A stretch of DNA of 64,000 bases from an uncultured Pelagibacteraceae bacterium (GTDB taxonomy: Bacteria; Pseudomonadota; Alphaproteobacteria; Pelagibacterales; Pelagibacteraceae): contig CACIUF010000002.1 in the NCBI GenBank assembly GCA_902589765.1, positions 47,984 through 111,983 on the forward strand, written 5' to 3'. Below the pieces are notes generated by a model that searched no databases, was not told where the DNA came from, and saw nothing but the letters and a program-made list of their open reading frames with translations. This document shows, piece by piece, positions 61,412-64,000 of this stretch; position 1 is the first letter of the stretch; the number at the start of each line of letters is the position of its first letter. The translations under genes and the position numbers were made by a program.

Positions 61412-64000
61412 CTATAATTTTGTTGGCATAGGTTTATCAATATCAATCTTATACTTTTTAATTGCTTCTTTTGCATATTTTGATGCAATAAGCTGTTCCT
61501 TAGCTAAGATGCTCAACCCATATGTTGTGATATGTTCCTTATCAACTTCAAAAAATTTTCTTAACTTTTTCCTTGTGTCACTTCGACCAAATCCATCAGT
61601 CCCTAATGAATAAAAACTTTTATTTACGTATGGCCTAATCTGATCAGAATTCATTCTCATATAATCAGAAGCTGCTAAAATTGGTCCTTCAGTATTACCC
61701 AAACATTTTTCTACATAACTTTTTTTAGGCTCTTTATCAGGATTTAGAAGATTGTATCTCTCTACCTCAAGACCATCCCTTCTTAATTCATTAAAGCTTG
61801 TTACACTCCAAATCTCACTATCAATTTGATACTCTTTTTGTAATATTTCTGCGCCAGCTATCATTTCTCTTAAGATTGTGCCAGATCCAAGAAATTGAAT
61901 TTTAGTTTTTTTATACTTGTTAAACTCCTTAATTTTATACATTCCTTTTAAAATACCATCCTCACATGATTTATCTTTTGGCATTTCTGGATGAGGATAA
62001 TTTTCATTCATGGTTGTAATATAATAGAAAATGTTTTCTTTTTTCTCATGCATTCTTCTTAAACCTTCTCGAAAAATGACTGCAAGCTCATAGTGAAATG
62101 TTGGATCGTATGATCTGCAATTAGGAATAGTTGAAGCCATCAAATGACTATGACCATCTTGATGTTGTAAACCTTCTCCAGCAAGAGTTGTTCTTCCAGC
62201 GGTTGCTCCGATCAAAAACCCTCTTGACTGGCTATCAGCACCCGCCCAAGCAAAATCACCAATTCTCTGAAAGCCAAACATTGAGTAAAAAAGATAAATT
62301 GGGATCATTTCTATATCATGGTTTGTATATGAAGTTCCCGCAGCGATCCAAGATGACATCGCTCCAGCCTCGTTAATTCCTTCCTCTAAAACTTGACCAC
62401 TCTTTTCCTCTTTATACGAACTTAATTGAGCAGAATCTTCTGGCTCATATTTTTGACCTTCATGAGCATAAATTCCTATTTTTTGGAAAAAACCCTCCAT
62501 TCCGAATGTTCTAGCCTCATCAGGTATGATTGGAACCAGTCTTGGTGCAACATTTTTATCTCTCAAAAGGTTTGTTAACATTCTGACTAATGCCATTGTG
62601 GTCGACATTTCTTTTTCACCTGTAGAAACTTTCATATTATCAAAAATATCTTTTGGTGGTGCTTTAACAGGTTTCGCGTAAGTTGTTCTTTCAGGAATAA
62701 AACCACCTAGTTGAATTCGTCTTTCATTTATATATTTAATCTCTGGAGAATTTTGATCAGGCTTGTAGTATTCAATATTCTTTACTTGTTGATCTGTTAA
62801 TGGAACATCAAACCTGTCCCTGTAATACATTAAGTCGTCGATATCTAACTTCTTAGTCTGGTGAGTTGTGTTTACACTTTCACCACTTTTACCCATTCCA
62901 TAACCCTTAATAGTTTTTGCAATTACAACTGTAGGACTTCCAACATTTTTAGATGCTTTATCATAAGCTGCAAAAACTTTATGAGGGTCATGACCACCCC
63001 TGTTTAATCGCCAAATATCTTTGTCTGAAAGACTGGAAACCAACTCTTTGGTCTCTAAATATTTTCCAAAAAATTTTTCTCTCACATACGCACCGTCTCT
63101 TGCTTTCATTGCTTGATACTCACCATCGACAGTCTCATTCATTGTTTTAACTAAATGACCCGTTTTATCATTGGCAAGCAATGGATCCCAATAAGAGCCC
63201 CAAATAACTTTTATAACATTCCATCCTGCACCTCTAAAAATTCCCTCTAATTCCTGAATTATCTTTCCGTTTCCACGAACTGGTCCGTCCAGTCTTTGAA
63301 GATTACAATTTACAACAAATATTAAGTTATCTAATTTTTCTCTTGCGGCTAAACCAATCGCACCTAAAGATTCCGGTTCATCCATTTCTCCGTCACCTAA
63401 AAATGCCCAAACTTTTCTCCCTTCATCTTTGATGAGACCTCTATTGATTAAGTACTTCATGAATCTTGCTTGATAAATTGCAAGCATTGGACCTAATCCC
63501 ATGGACACTGTTGGAAATTGCCAAAAATTCGGCATTAGCCAAGGATGAGGATATGAGGAAAGACCACCAGGGTTTACTTCTTGTCTAAAACTATCTAATT
63601 GTTTTTCGTTAAGTCTACCTTCCAGATAAGCTCTAGCGTACATACCTGGAGCGCTATGACCTTGAAAATAAATTAAATCTCCGCCAAATTTATTATTTTT
63701 AGCTCTCCAAAAATGATTCATACCAACATCGTAAAGAGTTGCAGCAGATGCAAAAGTTCCAATATGCCCTCCAAGTTCTGGGAATTTTTTATTTGCTCTA
63801 ACTACCATTGCGGCAGCATTCCATCTAATTAAAGATCTAATCCTTCTCTCTATGTTTTGATCTCCGTTAGATTTTTTTTCCTCATTAACAGGTATAGTGT
63901 TTATATAAGGGGTATTTTGCGTATAAGGTATATTAGCACCTTCCATATAAGCTTTGTTGATAAGTTCTTTAATCAAATAATGTGCCCTCTGATTTCCGTC
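61412..64000 (-). CDS. aceE: Pyruvate dehydrogenase E1, homodimeric type (5' end outside window)
   Basis: GGHI, QGH.APG.YARA, SSYPHP, GDGEMDEPES, NCNLQRLDGPV, GEGLQH.DG; frame stays open to the window edge. Confidence 0.96.
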   Translation of the reverse strand, partial: DGNQRAHYLIKELINKAYMEGANIPYTQNTPYINTIPVNEEKKSNGDQNIERRIRSLIRWNAAAMVVRANKKFPELGGHIGTFASAATLYDVGMNHFWRAKNNKFGGDLIYFQGHSAPGMYARAYLEGRLNEKQLDSFRQEVNPGGLSSYPHPWLMPNFWQFPTVSMGLGPMLAIYQARFMKYLINRGLIKDEGRKVWAFLGDGEMDEPESLGAIGLAAREKLDNLIFVVNCNLQRLDGPVRGNGKIIQELEGIFRGAGWNVIKVIWGSYWDPLLANDKTGHLVKTMNETVDGEYQAMKARDGAYVREKFFGKYLETKELVSSLSDKDIWRLNRGGHDPHKVFAAYDKASKNVGSPTVVIAKTIKGYGMGKSGESVNTTHQTKKLDIDDLMYYRDRFDVPLTDQQVKNIEYYKPDQNSPEIKYINERRIQLGGFIPERTTYAKPVKAPPKDIFDNMKVSTGEKEMSTTMALVRMLTNLLRDKNVAPRLVPIIPDEARTFGMEGFFQKIGIYAHEGQKYEPEDSAQLSSYKEEKSGQVLEEGINEAGAMSSWIAAGTSYTNHDIEMIPIYLFYSMFGFQRIGDFAWAGADSQSRGFLIGATAGRTTLAGEGLQHQDGHSHLMASTIPNCRSYDPTFHYELAVIFREGLRRMHEKKENIFYYITTMNENYPHPEMPKDKSCEDGILKGMYKIKEFNKYKKTKIQFLGSGTILREMIAGAEILQKEYQIDSEIWSVTSFNELRRDGLEVERYNLLNPDKEPKKSYVEKCLGNTEGPILAASDYMRMNSDQIRPYVNKSFYSLGTDGFGRSDTRKKLRKFFEVDKEHITTYGLSILAKEQLIASKYAKEAIKKYKIDIDKPMPTKL

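Overview
AT-rich, extremely compact chromosomal segment of a streamlined marine alphaproteobacterium. Gene content and order, the very short spacers, a tRNA-His lacking G-1 and an E. coli-type AceE/AceF point to SAR11/Pelagibacterales (inference, not database-checked). Most of it is core genome: rpsA end-ihfB-pyrF-trpFBA-accD-folC, his genes, murA/dcd, rpmH-rnpA-yidD-yidC-argB-dapDE, def-fmt-truA, aroKB, cobST, regB, gyrB, lepA, pheST, thrS-infC, gltDB and aceEF. I found four tRNAs (His, Phe, Thr, Ser) and five short genes missed by the ORF track. No integrase, transposase, CRISPR array or rRNA was seen. Best leads: (1) an unannotated 33-aa ORF ending VVHTHFHAG*, with its own promoter, directly ahead of tRNA-His-hisS-hisZ-hisG, a candidate non-classical histidine leader; (2) a three-nuclease module (RmuC, phage-like RecB-family PD-(D/E)XK nuclease, ExoI) upstream of trxA, where other Alphaproteobacteria carry addBA; (3) an adjacent lysine deacetylase and SET methyltransferase pair behind dapDE; (4) a TrpB with a rewritten active-site loop; (5) two tRNAs with a covarying A18/G55 elbow; (6) a four-gene glycosylation/methylation cassette between lepA and tRNA-Ser.
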